The notes below the pieces were generated by a model. The model saw only the letters and a program-made list of their open reading frames with translations, did not search any database and was not told the origin of the DNA. This document shows, in pieces, positions 1-13,200 of a DNA stretch of 64,000 nucleotides. Numbering within the stretch: position 1 is the stretch's first letter; every line of letters begins with the position of its first letter. The stretch is from Marsupella aquatica (lineage: Eukaryota > Plantae > Marchantiophyta), in contig OZ316892.1 in assembly GCA_973895155.1 (NCBI GenBank), forward strand, positions 572,917-636,916, written 5' to 3'. A program made the position numbers and the translations under genes.

Positions 1-2579
1 CTCCCGTAATGTTGGCCAATTGCACGGAGCCATTGGGGAACATCATGGTTACTCTAAAGGGTCCTAACCAGCGAGTGTAAAGCTTTCCTGGAAACCTACT
101 ATACCTACTGTCATAAAGTAGCACAAGATCACCGGTATGAATACTAACTACTTTTAACCTTTTATCATACTGCTGCTTCATGATATTCTGTCTATATTCT
201 ACTCTCTCGGCTGAAATCATTCTCGCTTCCTCTAAAGCTTCTAACCTATATTCTCGCTCCTTTAGGCTCTCCTCCGCTGAGGCTCTTTCCTCAATTGTAA
301 CTTGAAATGTCGGTATCTCAAGTTGCATGGGTACCAGGGCTTCTTGTCCAAAGGTTAAGAAGAAGGGTGTATGACCGGTAGTGGATTTATAGGCAAGATT
401 GTAAGCAAAAACAGCAGCAAACAATTTATCATCCCAATCGAGTTTGTTCTGAGCTACTGTCTTGTTCAATATCTTTCCTATGATTCCGTTTGCTCGTTCT
501 GTCAACCCGTTTGCCTTTGGATGGTAGGGAGTAGTAGGCCTATGTTTAACTAAATACTGCTCATTTAAACGACTAATTATATCATTCAAAAAATGGGTTC
601 CTCTATCACTAACTAATTCTAGGGGTGCTCCATACCTGGTGAAGATCTGCTCATACATGAATCTAGCCGTAGTAATTGCATCATCCTTCGTTGTTGGTCT
701 GGCCTCTACCCATTTAGTTGCATAATCCGTAGCCAGGATTATGTACTTGTTCCATCGAGGGTGGGTCAGTGGTTTCAGAGGTCCAATGTAATCAATACCC
801 CACTTCTCGAATGGTGCCAGAGGTAGAATAGGGTGCAGTGGATGCCTGGTGGACGCCCTTGGTCCTCCCGCTCGTTGACAAGGATCGCATTGTTTGATAA
901 ACTGATAGACATCTTTGTGCAAGGTGGGCCACCAGTAACCGGCATTTAATATCTTCTTAGACGTGGTTACTGGGGCAAAATGTCCTCCGGCCTCCTCTCC
1001 ATGCATGGCCCGTAGGACTCGTTTTACCTCTCTCTTTTCCAAACACCTTTGAATCGTGCCGTTGATTCCATGCTTGTGCAGTATGCCTTTAATGCACTGA
1101 TACTGTCTGACCTTCCGCACAAAGAATGCGGCTTGCTCTCGGCTTAATCCTGGCTGTAATCTGGAAGTGCTGAGAAATTGTAAAATCTCAGGGTACCATG
1201 TACCAGCTATCTCCACAACGAATAGCTCCTCGTCGGGGAATCGATCATCGATGCAATCCGTGGCAGGTTTACCTGTGATCCTTGAAAAGAAGTCGGCATT
1301 GGCATGTAACTTTCCCGGCTTGATCCTTAGCTCATAGTCAAACTCCTGTAATAGCAAAATCCATCTTGCTACTCTGCCTGTAAGGTCCGGCTTATTGACT
1401 AGGTACTTCAAACTTTCATGATCAGTATGAAAGATTACCTTGTACCCTAGTAAATAATGCCTAAACTTTTTACAAGAATAAATGACTCCTAATGCTTCTC
1501 TTTCCGTGGTAGAGTAGTTCCGTTCGGCATCGGCAAGCTGACGGCTTGCGAAGTATATGGGATGGTCCCTTCCTTTCTCATCCAACTGACTTAGTACTGA
1601 GCCAATAGAGAAGCCCGAGACATCTACAAAAACATGAAAATCTTTGTTCCAGTCCGGTGCTATCATGACTGGGGCCTCTACTAACATCTGCTTCAATTCT
1701 ACCACCGCTGTGACTCGTTCGGGTGTGGGTTCGAAGTCTGCTCCTGCCTTGAGCATGTTGGTTAATGGTAAAGCCAGCTTGGCAAAATCCTTGATGAACC
1801 GGCGATAGTAACCAATGCATCCCAAGAAGGATCTTACATCCTTTATGTTCTTAGGTTGCATGATATCTAGCCATACTGCTAGCTTACCTTTGTCAATCTC
1901 AATGCCCTTCCTTGATACCTTGTGACCTAGTAGCACCCCCTCGGTTACTGCAAAAAAACATTTATCTGGGTGTAACTTGAGACCCACCTCTCTACATCTC
2001 ATGAAGGTTTTCCTGAGGTATTTAGCATGTTTGGTGACTCCATGCAAACACATCCTGAAATTCAATCAATAAGTCACTGATCTCTTTCTCGAGCTCAGGT
2101 GCTAGGTTTCTCCCTAAGTTCAGTTCTCTTCCCTCTCCTAAGTCGAGCTTCCGATATTGCCGTGCTTGGATCATATTAATCTGCTTCTTCAAATTCGGGT
2201 CCAGTTCGGCTTCCAGTCTCTCTAATCTCATACCTCCATAAACTGGGATCTCGGCTGGACTAGCCGAGTCGGTCCCTTCCTTGGTGTCCATAGATTGTCC
2301 CCTTACCGGTCTATTTGGTTTTGAATTAGTGGTCGGCTCCCCTTCCTGCCTTGGCTCTAGATCGTGTCTGTCCATCTCATCCACCTCTTGCTCCTGAGAG
2401 TTAGGCCGCTGTGCTCTCTCGGCTTCTAATAGGGCCTCAATTTGTTCTGCCCTCGTAATCGGCTTGTATGCCGATCCCTTGGTATTTAATTCCTTGCCGA
2501 TGATCGATGGCGTTGTGGACCCCGTCAGCTCTGCCACAACGCCTGCAGAAAATCCACTGTCCCTGCTACTGCTCCCCAC
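1..2579 (-). pseudogene. pol remnant: RT with core deleted, RNase H, integrase
   Basis: RNase H reads HPIYFASRQLADAERNYSTTEREALGVIYSCKKFRHYLLG. Integrase reads KWGIDYIGP and GPF. RT jumps from EFQDVFAWSH directly to ..KLHPDKCFF near 2035, so the YxDD region is missing. Confidence 0.88.
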
Positions 2580-5479
2580 TTAGCCGTTTCATCCAATTGG
2601 TCTACATCCTTTACTTCCTCCGGAATTGCAGCTAAAAAGGTGGATTCTATTGTAAAGCAGTCCTCGACCTCTTCGTCTTCTTCTTCCAAGTCACCTTCCA
2701 TTGGTTCTTGCCATAATCCGCTGGGGGGTACCTTTGGTCCAAAGACGCCTTCTTCGGTTAGGTTAGTGAGGCATTCTAACCAACGTACTTCATCGGCTGA
2801 CTCCAGTCCACTATCGTACCCATCTACTTCCCTTATGCTTTTCCTACGGTCATCCTTAGTGTCCCGGGATACCGTGATAGAGGGGGTCCCGAAAGTGAAC
2901 TGCTTTTTACCCCAATCTTCTATTACCTCGGCTAGGTACAGCCATGGCCTACCAATCAATAGCCGGAATGACGTAGGATTTACCGGCTTCATTACTACAT
3001 AGTTAATGCTAAAGAAGATACCTCCTATCTCTGTCTTGATGCCGGTTAACACTCCCGTCGGAATGACCTGATATCCATTGGCCATGTTCAACACTCTTCC
3101 AGTCATCTCCGGTGTTAGACCCCACCCTTTTGCTGTTGAATCAATCATAATACATACCCCTGATCCTCCATCGATGGGTACCCGTAGTAATAATTCTCCT
3201 TGAATCATTAATGGTAATGCTGGAGCTCCTTGATCTTCTTCTATCATTAGTACGTCGGATCTGGTTGCTACCTTGGGTAATCTCGGCTTGCCGAGAATAG
3301 CCTTCCTTAATTGCTTCCGGAAGTACGGGCTATTTTTCAATAGTTGACCTACTGTTGCCGAGACTCTAGATTCTAGTACATCTTTAGCCAGGTCATAGGG
3401 AACAATCGGCTTCTCCTCTGGTGGTGTTTCCGTCTTGGATTCGGCCAGTTTTGCCACGCTAGTCTCCACAGCTGTTTGGTCTTCCGAAGCAAACAATGCT
3501 TTTGCTCGTTTTACATCTTTGGCAATGGCTTCGGTATTCTCCAGGGTTTCTAATTCTCTTAGTTGTTCCTTAACACTAGCCGTAACAGAGGGGTAGAACA
3601 ACTTAGGATGATCTCGATTGAAGTCGCTATCTTGTGAAGGATTGGTTTCACTGGTGGGCTCATGGCTTACCTGTATTGCCGGAGCCCTCCCTTCTCCTTC
3701 TGTTGATGTTGACGAAGAGTCGATCCTTTCCTCCGTAACCTTCCCTTTATTTTTGGCCAGCCCATCCCACCTTTCCTTCCTTCTGGTAGATCGAGTAGAG
3801 ACCCGGTAGCAATCATGATCTAAATCCTCCTCTGAGAAGGTTGATAGGGCTTCGGCCTCATCATCAGATGGTACGAACTCTGCCTCGGCATCCTCTTGCC
3901 ATCCTATTTCGATGTGGTTGATTTGAACTCCTCCGGGGGTAGTACCTGGCGGTAAGATCTTGATCGGCAAAAGCTTATGATTTGCGGCCAGGCCTGCCAA
4001 CCAAGTAGGACATTGCCCTAGCATATGACCTTCCTGTCGGCATCCCATACATAGCTGAGCTGGTTGTCCATCACCCTGTTTGCGTGCATTCGGGCATTCT
4101 CTAGCAAAATGGCCAGGTTGACCACAATTATAGCACGCCGCAAATCTTTGCACATTCGGCCTAGGAGGTACTGACGGGTTCTGAATAATCCAAGGATACA
4201 TCTCTCCTGGATTGTTCCTTAATCCTGACCACAGAGATGCAGGTTTGTTGGATAGGTCTCGTGCTCCAGTCTCACTGATGCCGAAAACACTATCAGCGGC
4301 ATCTCCCCAAAAGTACTCTACTTCTCCCTGACATGGTCTGATCTCTGCCACATGCCGAACATGATTAGTATTAAGCTTAGGACACGCATCTTTATGGTGT
4401 CCGGTTTTATAACATAAGGCACACCATACAGAGCTATCCTCCTGTACTACCTTCTTCTTTGGTTTTACCTCTGCAATGATAGCCTTAAGTTGCTCGGTAA
4501 GGGCTACGATGTTATCTGGTGGCTTAGCCTCCATCTTGACTTTCGTCTTCCCTCTCCTTCTGCCCTTCCTTTTCCTAGTTTTTTCTTCTTCAGAACTAGA
4601 AGATGACTCACTCTTGCTACTCCCACTATCCGAGCTTGACTTATCACTTCTAGACTTCTTGGGATGTTTCTTCTTCTTATCTTTTTTCTTATGGGGTGAT
4701 CCCTCCTCTGATGAGGAACTCTCAGACTTAAGCTGTTTCTTCCGGCTTGTGATATCTGCATTAATGTATAATTGAATATCCTTAATTGCTTCGGCTAAAG
4801 TCTCCGGGTTCTCCTTCCTAATTGCAAAACTCATCTTCTATGGCAAAGCATTCACCAACCATTGAAGTTGCATACCTTCAGATGCATTGGTCTTTGTACG
4901 TCTTACCAGTTTCTGAAAGCGTTGCAAGAACTTCCTGAAGGATTTGTTCTCCTTGAACCGAAGTTGTCCCAACTTCAGCACTGCTAGTTCTGAAGTTCCA
5001 ATGGGTCAAAACTCCTTAACAAAGAGTGTTTTGAAGATATCCCAGATGGCTTGATCTTCCACATCTAATGCTCTGTACCAAGGCCTAGCCTCACCCTTGA
5101 ACAGGCCGGGAAGAATCTGCATCTTTATGGCCGATTCTCCATTTGCTGCAGCGGTTCCCTCGAAATCATCCAACCATTCGTCCGGATCCTCATCTCCTCT
5201 CCCATGAAATGCTTTGTAATGTATGCGCGACCGCTGGCTCAATCTGGTCCCTGGCCTCTCGTCTGGCCGTGCCTCTGGTTCCCCCATGTCGGTTGGAGAC
5301 TCACTTCTCCTTACCGACTCTTCTTCTGGTATGTCTTCTTCGACGCCACTTCCAGTTTCGGAGCTACCAGCTCTTTCTGCCCCTCTCAGTCGCTGTGTAT
5401 CATGCCACCCGGCGAGCTGCTGTAGTCGAGCTCTCTCCCGTTGAATCACTCTTTCTTCCCTCGGCGTAAGGTCAGTCAT
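2525..5479 (-). pseudogene. gag-protease with premature stops
   Basis: ORFs 5006-5479 and 2525-4834 are in one frame separated by stops. Capsid-like FHGRGDEDPDEWL, three CX2CX4HX4C knuckles, aspartic protease IDGGSG...LLIGRPWL. Confidence 0.88.
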
Positions 5480-5526
5480 TACCTACGCTTCCGTTCTAAC
5501 TTCATATCTCACGGCTTAAGAAATGC

Positions 5527-5544
5527 CCCCTCCATCTAGCGCCA
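5527..5544 (-). promoter_or_regulatory. Primer-binding site, probably tRNA-Asn(GUU)
   Basis: TGGCGCTAGATGGAGGGG lies 4 nt after the LTR's terminal CA. It matches the complement of the plant tRNA-Asn 3' end (recalled as CCCCTCCTTCTAGCG-CCA) with one mismatch. Confidence 0.75.
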
Positions 5545-5548
5545 AAAA

Positions 5549-8500
5549 TGTGGTGCGTCCCATGGCTCCCTAAACCCAAGAAACCCCCCAGCTCAAGCCG
5601 ATTCCCGCAGGTTTCGTGCTTGGCGAGGCCGTTTCCGCGGCTTAGCGGCATGGGACGCTGCTAACCTTCTACTACTACTATTAACATTTTACACACATAT
5701 ACTGGACAGATCCTTCATCGGGTCATGAGATACATAGCCGGCCTAATATAGGCCTTCCCCTGTCTTCCCCTGTCTTCCTGTTAGGTATGTTTGGATTCCG
5801 CCGCCGGAATGATCCCCAATAGGCTTGGTTAAGCCGCTAAGACCTCTCTCAGCTCGACACATCCAACTCTCACTCCCCTGCTTACTTTCCTTCCTTCTGT
5901 TGATGTGGGCACTCTTCACACAAGTTAATGCGACACACAAATAGCAAAATGACTCATTCTGACTGAGTCATACCATGCACTTGCCATACAAACAGTACAT
6001 CTCATACACAAGTTCTGCGAACTAAGCCGTGAGGCCAACTCTATTCAGCTCTTAGGCATGAGGAAACATGAATATACACAAGGGTCACTGTATGACTAAC
6101 CGAGAGCTTCTCGTACTACTTGATCCCAGCCCGGCTGGTGCAAACTAAAAACTTGCTAAAGAAGAGGCCCTGAGCTCCCCGCTGCCCAGGTACTTATCCT
6201 GGTAGTGGATCCGCCATTCTTTGCATCGTAAGCCTAATCTACTTAACAGTAATCTACTTGCCCGAATCTACCTATGTACAGCAAGGCAGGAGCACAAGTG
6301 TTGCTCCTACCAGTGGGACCGCAATCCCACTAAGCTAAGTGTCAGGGCCGCTCCTGGTTCTGATCCTAATCCTAAACGTGGAGATCCGCGCCCGCCCTGC
6401 CCACTCACGCCTCCTCCCTCCACGTCCGCCTTCCCTAAAAGGAACGACGCCCTTGCACCGTCACGACACCGGTGGTGGATCCTCAATGGACGCCCCCAAC
6501 ACTTCCTCCTCAGCCACTGCCGTTGGCCCGCCTACTGACAGATTACCTGCCCTTGACCGAGTCAACTCTCCATCGGCCTGACTGGGTCCACCTTCGGCTT
6601 CAGCCTCGACATCGGCCTCGGCAATACCCACGGCTTCGGCCTCAGCCACTCCCACGGCTTCGGCTTCAGCCACTCCCTCGGCTTCAGCCTCCCCTTCCCC
6701 TAGGGTAGTTGGATCCTTAGCCGTGACCCTGTCTGGGGTCGGTGCTGGGTCTACCTCCTTGATCACCACGGCCTGTGAAGTCGTATTACTCCTTGACCCT
6801 GGAGGTTTCCGCTTCTTCTTCGTTGGTGGCTCGGCAGCTGGTCCCTTCCCCTTCCCACTTACTTCCGGCACTGGTGCAGTTGACGCGGCTTGTCCTTCGG
6901 CAATTACCACCCCTGGTAACTGGTTTGTCCCAACGGGAGATGGACCTACTGCAGCTAAGCATTTAAATACTGCGGCTTGTTTCTTCAGCCGCTCTGTTTG
7001 GTTGTCAGCCCGCCGCTGTAGGTTCTCCATCTTCCTCGTGATTTCCTCCAACTCCTCTTGGGTTTCATCCAGGTCCTTACGTGCCCCCTCCAGCTCGTTT
7101 TTGGCCTCCTCCTACTCCCTGTGGGCTTCCTCCAATTCCTTCTTCAAGGTAGCCCTCTCCTCCTGGGTTGCTCTTAGCTCCTTGTCGAGCTCTGCAATGA
7201 TGACAGACTCCATCTGGTTCATCTTGGCGTAAGTCTGTTCGAGCATCTCGTCCTTCTCCCTTAGGTCGGCCTTGAAGCTGGCCGTCAGGGACGCAAGCTC
7301 CTGCTGCAGCGCCATAATCCCTTGATAGGATTTCCCTAACTCGACCTCCTTCTGCTCAAGGGCTCCGCGGATTTTCTCGAGCTCCCCTTTCAACGCCCAT
7401 TCCTTTCTTTGGGTCTCCGCCATGGCCCGGCTGTTGGCTGTTATGTGGGCCTCCTCTGTATTCTTCAGCTCTTGCTTCCACTTCTCCCTCTCTTTGATCG
7501 TGTCGGCCAACTCTTCCTGCGTCTGAGTCAGTTTATCCTTGATATTCTGATTATCAGCCTGCACGGCGTCCAATTGCCCCTGCATGATGTTCAGCTCATG
7601 TCGTTTAATCCGCAGTTCATCTTGGGCTTTCTTGGCCGCCCTTAGATCTTCAATCTCGGCTCCCATCCTCCTAAGCCGCCGAATGACCTCGTCCTTCTTG
7701 CTTCTCTCTAAAGCCACCGCTTCTTCTAATTGGTGCTTCTCCAACTGCTCCCTATGGAAAAAGGGTCCTACCTCCAACTCCTCTCCAAAGATGCCGAGCG
7801 CAAGTTCCCCACACATCTCACCATACTCCATGGCTCTATTCTTAGCGTAGGTGGAGTAAGTAGAAGTGATCGGCATCGCCCATCGTGGCCTCTGCTCCCA
7901 CGCCGTCCTGCGGATCTCTTCAATCGTGGCTAGAGGTTTGCTTCCTTTTTCGGCTAGCCGCCTGATGTCCTCCGGCCAATCTCCTCCTGGTAAATCCTTT
8001 TCCTTAGCCAGGGCGGCCTCTTCCTCCTGCTTGATTCGCTCCTGAAATTCCTGCACCGTCTGTTTTATGCCGTCGAAGCTCGGGGGAGCAACATCTGGTG
8101 GGGGAGACTCAGGGCTACTCTGCTGGTTGGGGTCCCCTCGCACTACCCTTGGAAGTGTGGGGACAAACCAGCCACAGGTCCTTACTCCTGGAACGTGATG
8201 GTCCGACCCATAGCCGGAATTATCATGGCTGCAGTCCTCCACTGCCTCCTCTACTTCTTGGACGTCCGGCTTCTCCCTCTCCTCTTCGTCGGTAGGAGCT
8301 TCAGGCAATTCTGCCTCAGATTCGGAGCTTGAGGTTCCCACGTACATTCGAACACCTGGCTTGGATTCCGGCCTGATTCTCTCCTTGTCTCCAGCAAAGG
8401 GGTTTTCTCTTGTGAGCCGGTGTAGGCCTACCTCTGTAGTAGTGTCCTGCATTGTTGCCGTTGCCGTTGTTGTTGTTGTTGCCGATGCCGATTTCTTTTC

Positions 8501-10205
8501 TTTCTCCAGTAGTTTCAGCAGACTCTGCATGCCTGGTTGCTGCATCGGCAAGTCTTCCTTCCTGGGCCTAAACACCTGCTCGATCGTAGGACTAACAGGT
8601 GGTGGAGGCTTCTCAGCCAACGGCCTCGGTGTTGGAGCTTCCTCGGGTGCCCTTACCTGCAGGGGAAGTACCGGGGCAAAAGTCTGACCTCTGGCATACC
8701 GGCACAACAGCGGCATGTGATAGCCAAGCCGCGACACGCTCCCCATGCCGATTACCTGCTGCTCCTCCTTTAAGATCTTCTTCAATTGGTTGAGGAGGTA
8801 CCCGTTGTAGTCCCGGCTTGGGTCTGGCCTTTCTGCCAGATAGACCTGTGCCTTGCCGATCTCTGCCCTCGGCAAGTTACAATGCATGGTCACCTGCAAG
8901 AAGTCGATCATCTCTCCTATGTGCGGGTTGGTGCAGGTGTTCCGGAAGAAGCCATTCTTCGTTGATGGCCCGGGGAACGACCGGAACTCCTTGTCAGGCA
9001 AGGTCTTCCTGGTATCAACTTTGGTCTTATTGCCCATCGGCAAGCCAAACACTTCGGCAATTACCTTGGGAGTAAGATAGAAATCCTTCCCATATATCCT
9101 CGTGCAATTGGTCTCGGGTTCCCATGACCCCACGAATTCTAATAGGTCTGACTCCGGTACCTCCGGCTTCAGCCATGGTAATCTTACAAAGGCCTCCAAG
9201 CCGGATCCGGCCATGAAGCCTTGGTACTTCTTGGTCTGCATGGCCGTAAAGCATGCATCCTCCTCCCGTGCAAAATGTAGTTGCACCTCCACCGGTAGGG
9301 TTGCCGCCCAGCCCTTCCAGGTGTCATCCCTGGTTGGAATGGCCTTGATGGGATCGACCTCCTCCTCTTCGGCTTCTCCCTGCCTCCTGCTCTGCTGCTC
9401 GGCTGGCTTCTTTGGTGCCGCCGACCTCGTTCTTTTTGCCGGGGTGGCTTCATCATTGACGGCTCCCTTCCTCTTCATCTCTGCTGCCGTGGAGGTTTCT
9501 CCTAGCACCGTTGCCCGGGTCCACCTTTCCGTGCTACCCTTTAATTCCCAGTGTATGTCGTTGCAATTCTTGATGGCCTCTCGGATGCCGACGACGCTGT
9601 CTTTGCAAAACAGAAGATCGTCGAGTTGATTGGAAGTAGGCGTCCACAGGAACTCGTCCTTGATGAGTTCGCCTCCTAAGAAAGCCGTCTTCTGCAGCTC
9701 CCACAATCGAGCGAGCTCCTGCCGTTCTCGAGCTGCCCTTTCTGACTCCTCGTCCTCGTAAGTCTTGATGTACTCAGTTGCCCGTTCGAACAGGCATCCC
9801 CAGAAATGTGCCGCTTGATTGACGTTGCTCATACCCTCCTTAGGTCGATCGTCGGTATCTACTCTCTCCCCGAGTGCTTGCCTAAGCAGCTGACAGTAGT
9901 TGGCCTCCCGTAGTCGTCTGCCTAGTTCATGCTCGCAAATGAGCCACCATCTCCTGCAAGCGCTCCTTACCCCTCTCCTCTGCCGGTCCTTCTTCCCGTT
10001 GATCCTTCCTAGCCGCCGACGCTTAACGCGCCCTAACCCTAATTGGGTTTTCACCCTCAGCCTTACCTCCGGCCTCTACCCGGGTTCCATGGTTGCCCCT
10101 AATTGTTTATATTTTCCTTGTTTTGTCACTATACTAAGGTGTTCCTAGGGTGCCTTCCTGCTTTACCCACTTAACCGGTCGAGTGATTCCTGTCTAGGCA
10201 TCACA
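5549..10205 (-). repeat. Giant LTR copy 1 (4657 bp), 5' LTR of the gypsy element
   Basis: Ends TGTGATGC...GCACCACA, directly followed by the PBS and gag. Colinear with the copies at 24395, 31871 and 41378. Confidence 0.92.
6461..10090 (-). pseudogene. LTR-encoded ORF, copy 1 (two CAG>TAG stops relative to copy 2)
   Basis: ORFs 7112-10054 and 6461-7051 are nearly identical to the 1207-aa ORF at 24510-28133. Confidence 0.9.
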
Positions 10206-13200
10206 AGGACCCCAGATGCATATATGAGGGGACTACTAATCGCGAGGCAATTTTGGATGACGATGGGACTTTGGATGACGATGGGATTGGTGCCCACAGC
10301 CTATGGGTGGCCCTCACAGCAATTTGAATACTTTTTGGAAATGTGATGCGGGATGGGTGACCAGGGGAGTGGATGGTGGGTACTTGCGATGCTATGTGCA
10401 ATGGGCAACCAGGGGAGTTTGATGGTGGCCACACCCCATGGGGTGACCCATAATAAAATCTAACACTATGTTAGTTGCGATTCGGGATGGGTGACCACTG
10501 GAATGAAGGGTGGTCGAGGCTCCAAAAGTGGATACCGTAGGGGCAAGAGACATTCTAGAAGGAGGATGATCGCCACCAAGGTTGGGGGGTGGGACGAGGG
10601 ATTGTGGTAAGTAGTATCCTCGATGGATATTGGGTCTCCTCACATGTCTCGGGTCTCTTGCAAAGGTGTGGCCCAACCGGCGTTCAAGATACTTAGGGGT
10701 CTGTCGAGCTTGATTGGGGGTGCGTAAAAACTTATCATTTGTTTTGTGGGTTGGATGGAGATGATGGACGGGTTTTGAGAGTTTTTGCACCATGAGAACC
10801 CCAAGGGAGAGGCTGGAAGCTGATCGTGAGCGTCATGCCCAAAATAAGGAAGCAATAAATGCAAGGCGTCGGCAACAATATGCTCAACGACGATTGCAAA
10901 AGGGGGCTCGAGTCTGTGCAGTGCCACAACCAAGTGCCACACCAACTATGGGTTCCCCGGTGCTGGAACCAAGTGTGGCACTCTTGGCACCACAAGTGGT
11001 TCAGGTGTGGTGCCAAGTGTGCCACCTGCCCACAGAATTAGTGGTCGACAACTACGGCGCGAAGCAAGGGCACCACGACAAACTCCAACAACACCGTTGG
11101 CGAGACCGTTGCTCTCCCTTGCGGGGGCAAGTTTAGAATCAACCGGGGAATCAACTCTGGCATCTGGCCGCGCAAATAGTGGAAGGGAGCTTTGCCGTGA
11201 AGCCAAGGCTACTCAACAAGCCTTGGCCAGATCCATTGCTATCAATAACAGTCGAGAGGTTGCCCCAAGTGCAATATCCAGCCATGCAATGACGCCCGTG
11301 AGCGTTGCATCTGACCCTCCCATGTTCGATGAAGGATGGCTCATTGATGGTGCCTTGGACGCATGTAGGGTTGACCAGCCTGAGCCAGAGGAATTTGCCA
11401 TCCCCCCACCGTGCGAGCCCATGACCAACATTGTGCCACAACATGTAGATGTCTTTGATGAGGGATGGCTTATTCATGGCGCTTTACAAGATGGGGTTGC
11501 CCCTTTGGCCGTCCCCCATGCCCTATGAATCCATACCAAACAATGAACGGTCTAACCATGACATCTTTGATGAAGATTGGCTCATTGACGATGCTCTGCA
11601 CGAGGGGGAAAATCCTATCCTCGATGACAGAGGAGGTCAATTTGACACATTTATTGAGGGCACCTTGGATTTGCCAAATGAATATGAGGAGGACGAGATT
11701 GAGAATATCCTCCAAGAGGAAATGGGAGGCACAAACCTAGCACCAGTTACCCTAGCTCAACTCAATCCTGATGACGTGTTGCGGGAGCGTCAAAGATTGG
11801 AAGAGATCCAACGGTTGCCAAAGGCAAGGCAGCCTTTGGACCCTGCAATGGGTAGACATCTTTTGGGGCGAATGAACATCGAGTGCCCACAATGCAAAGC
11901 GCTTCATTGGATGGAAGAGTGCAAGTCAAGAACACAACGCAACCCGTGCTTCACCATGTGTTGTGCCGACGGGAAAGTGGGATTACCGCCTCTTGGTGCT
12001 CCTCCTGAACCACTTCGAGGCTTGCTGATTGGTACCAATGCCGCAGCTGTAGCATTCCGGAAAAACATTCGTGGCTACAACAATGCACTAGCATTTACGT
12101 CCCTAGGTGTTAAAATTGATGAAAGGGGCGGAAATCGTGGCCCATACTCCTTTCGTATCCAAGGAGCATTATATCCTCGTGTCGGTAGCCTCTTGCCGCC
12201 TGATGGAGCGGGGCCAAAGTTTTCTCAACTCTATATTCATGACACAGGGAATGAGTTGGGGAATAAATAATTAACATGTACAACTTTTTGCCTCAATTTC
12301 CTTTCATATTACATGATCTTTGGAATAAGCTGTCTTATGGATTTTTTTTGGGTTCCAGGATGAATAGGATGCCACAATTGGATCAGGCGGTGTTGGCTTC
12401 CTTGCAAGAGATGCTCCATACGTACAATCCATATGTGAGGGTCTTTAAAAATGCAGGGAGCCGCATTGACAACACCGAGGTGCCAGACGTATTGCTACGT
12501 ATTGTAGCGGAGCGGGACACAGACCCTAGGCGCTACAATAAGCCGACGGCAGATGAAATTGGCGTGATAATGGTCGGAGATGAGGATATTGAAACATGTG
12601 AGAGGGATATAATCCTAAGGAAGAGGAATGGTGGCCTACAACGGATTTCCGAGTGGCATAGGTCCTATGCACCGCTCCATTATGTTTTACTCTTATGACA
12701 TGGTCTTATGACATCCCGTTGGCGGGGCACGAATTCCAGGATGGGGTCATTGTGGCTGTTAAACCAGGGGCCAGGGGTGGACGAAATGGTTCTAAGAAGG
12801 TGACCCAACTTCAATACTATGCGTATATGTTACATGCAAGGCGGGAAGATGATTGGCTGCTTCGTGGAGGAAGATTGCTAAAGCAATTTATTGTGGATGC
12901 ATATGCGTGTATAGACCAGACACGCCTCACATATATTCGGAACAATTAGAAAAAGCTTAGGACCGAGTTATATCAAGGGCTACAAGATGCAATTCAAGAC
13001 GGGGATGCACAAGCAAGCAATGTGGGTAGGACCTACATTTTACCATCCACATATGGGGGTAGTGCACGACATATGATGCAGGCCTATCAGGATGCCATGG
13101 CGGTTGTTCGAACATATGGGCCTCCTGACCTTTTCACAACTTTTACGTGCAATCTTGAATGGCCTAAAATCAAAGTGGAGTGCTTCCCCTACCAGACCCC

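Larger units (their letters stand above)
1..10205 (-). mobile_element. Ty3/gypsy LTR retrotransposon (non-chromovirus, Athila/Phygy-like): 5' LTR plus internal region, running off the window start
   Basis: On the minus strand the order is LTR (10205-5549), PBS, gag with CCHC knuckles, protease, truncated RT, RNase H, integrase with GPF motif. This is the gypsy domain order. DDRFPDEELF between RNase H and integrase and LLYDSRY..FPGKL..RWLGPF are Athila-like. Confidence 0.93.

Noticed and set aside
2525-2579. Programmed gag-pol frameshift
   Set aside because: The copy is degenerate and I see no convincing slippery heptamer plus structure; it cannot be told apart from a mutation using one copy.
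6221-10148. Many antisense and alternate-frame ORFs recurring in all LTR copies
   Set aside because: They are shadows of the long ORF in GC-rich sequence; recurrence only reflects DNA identity between copies.
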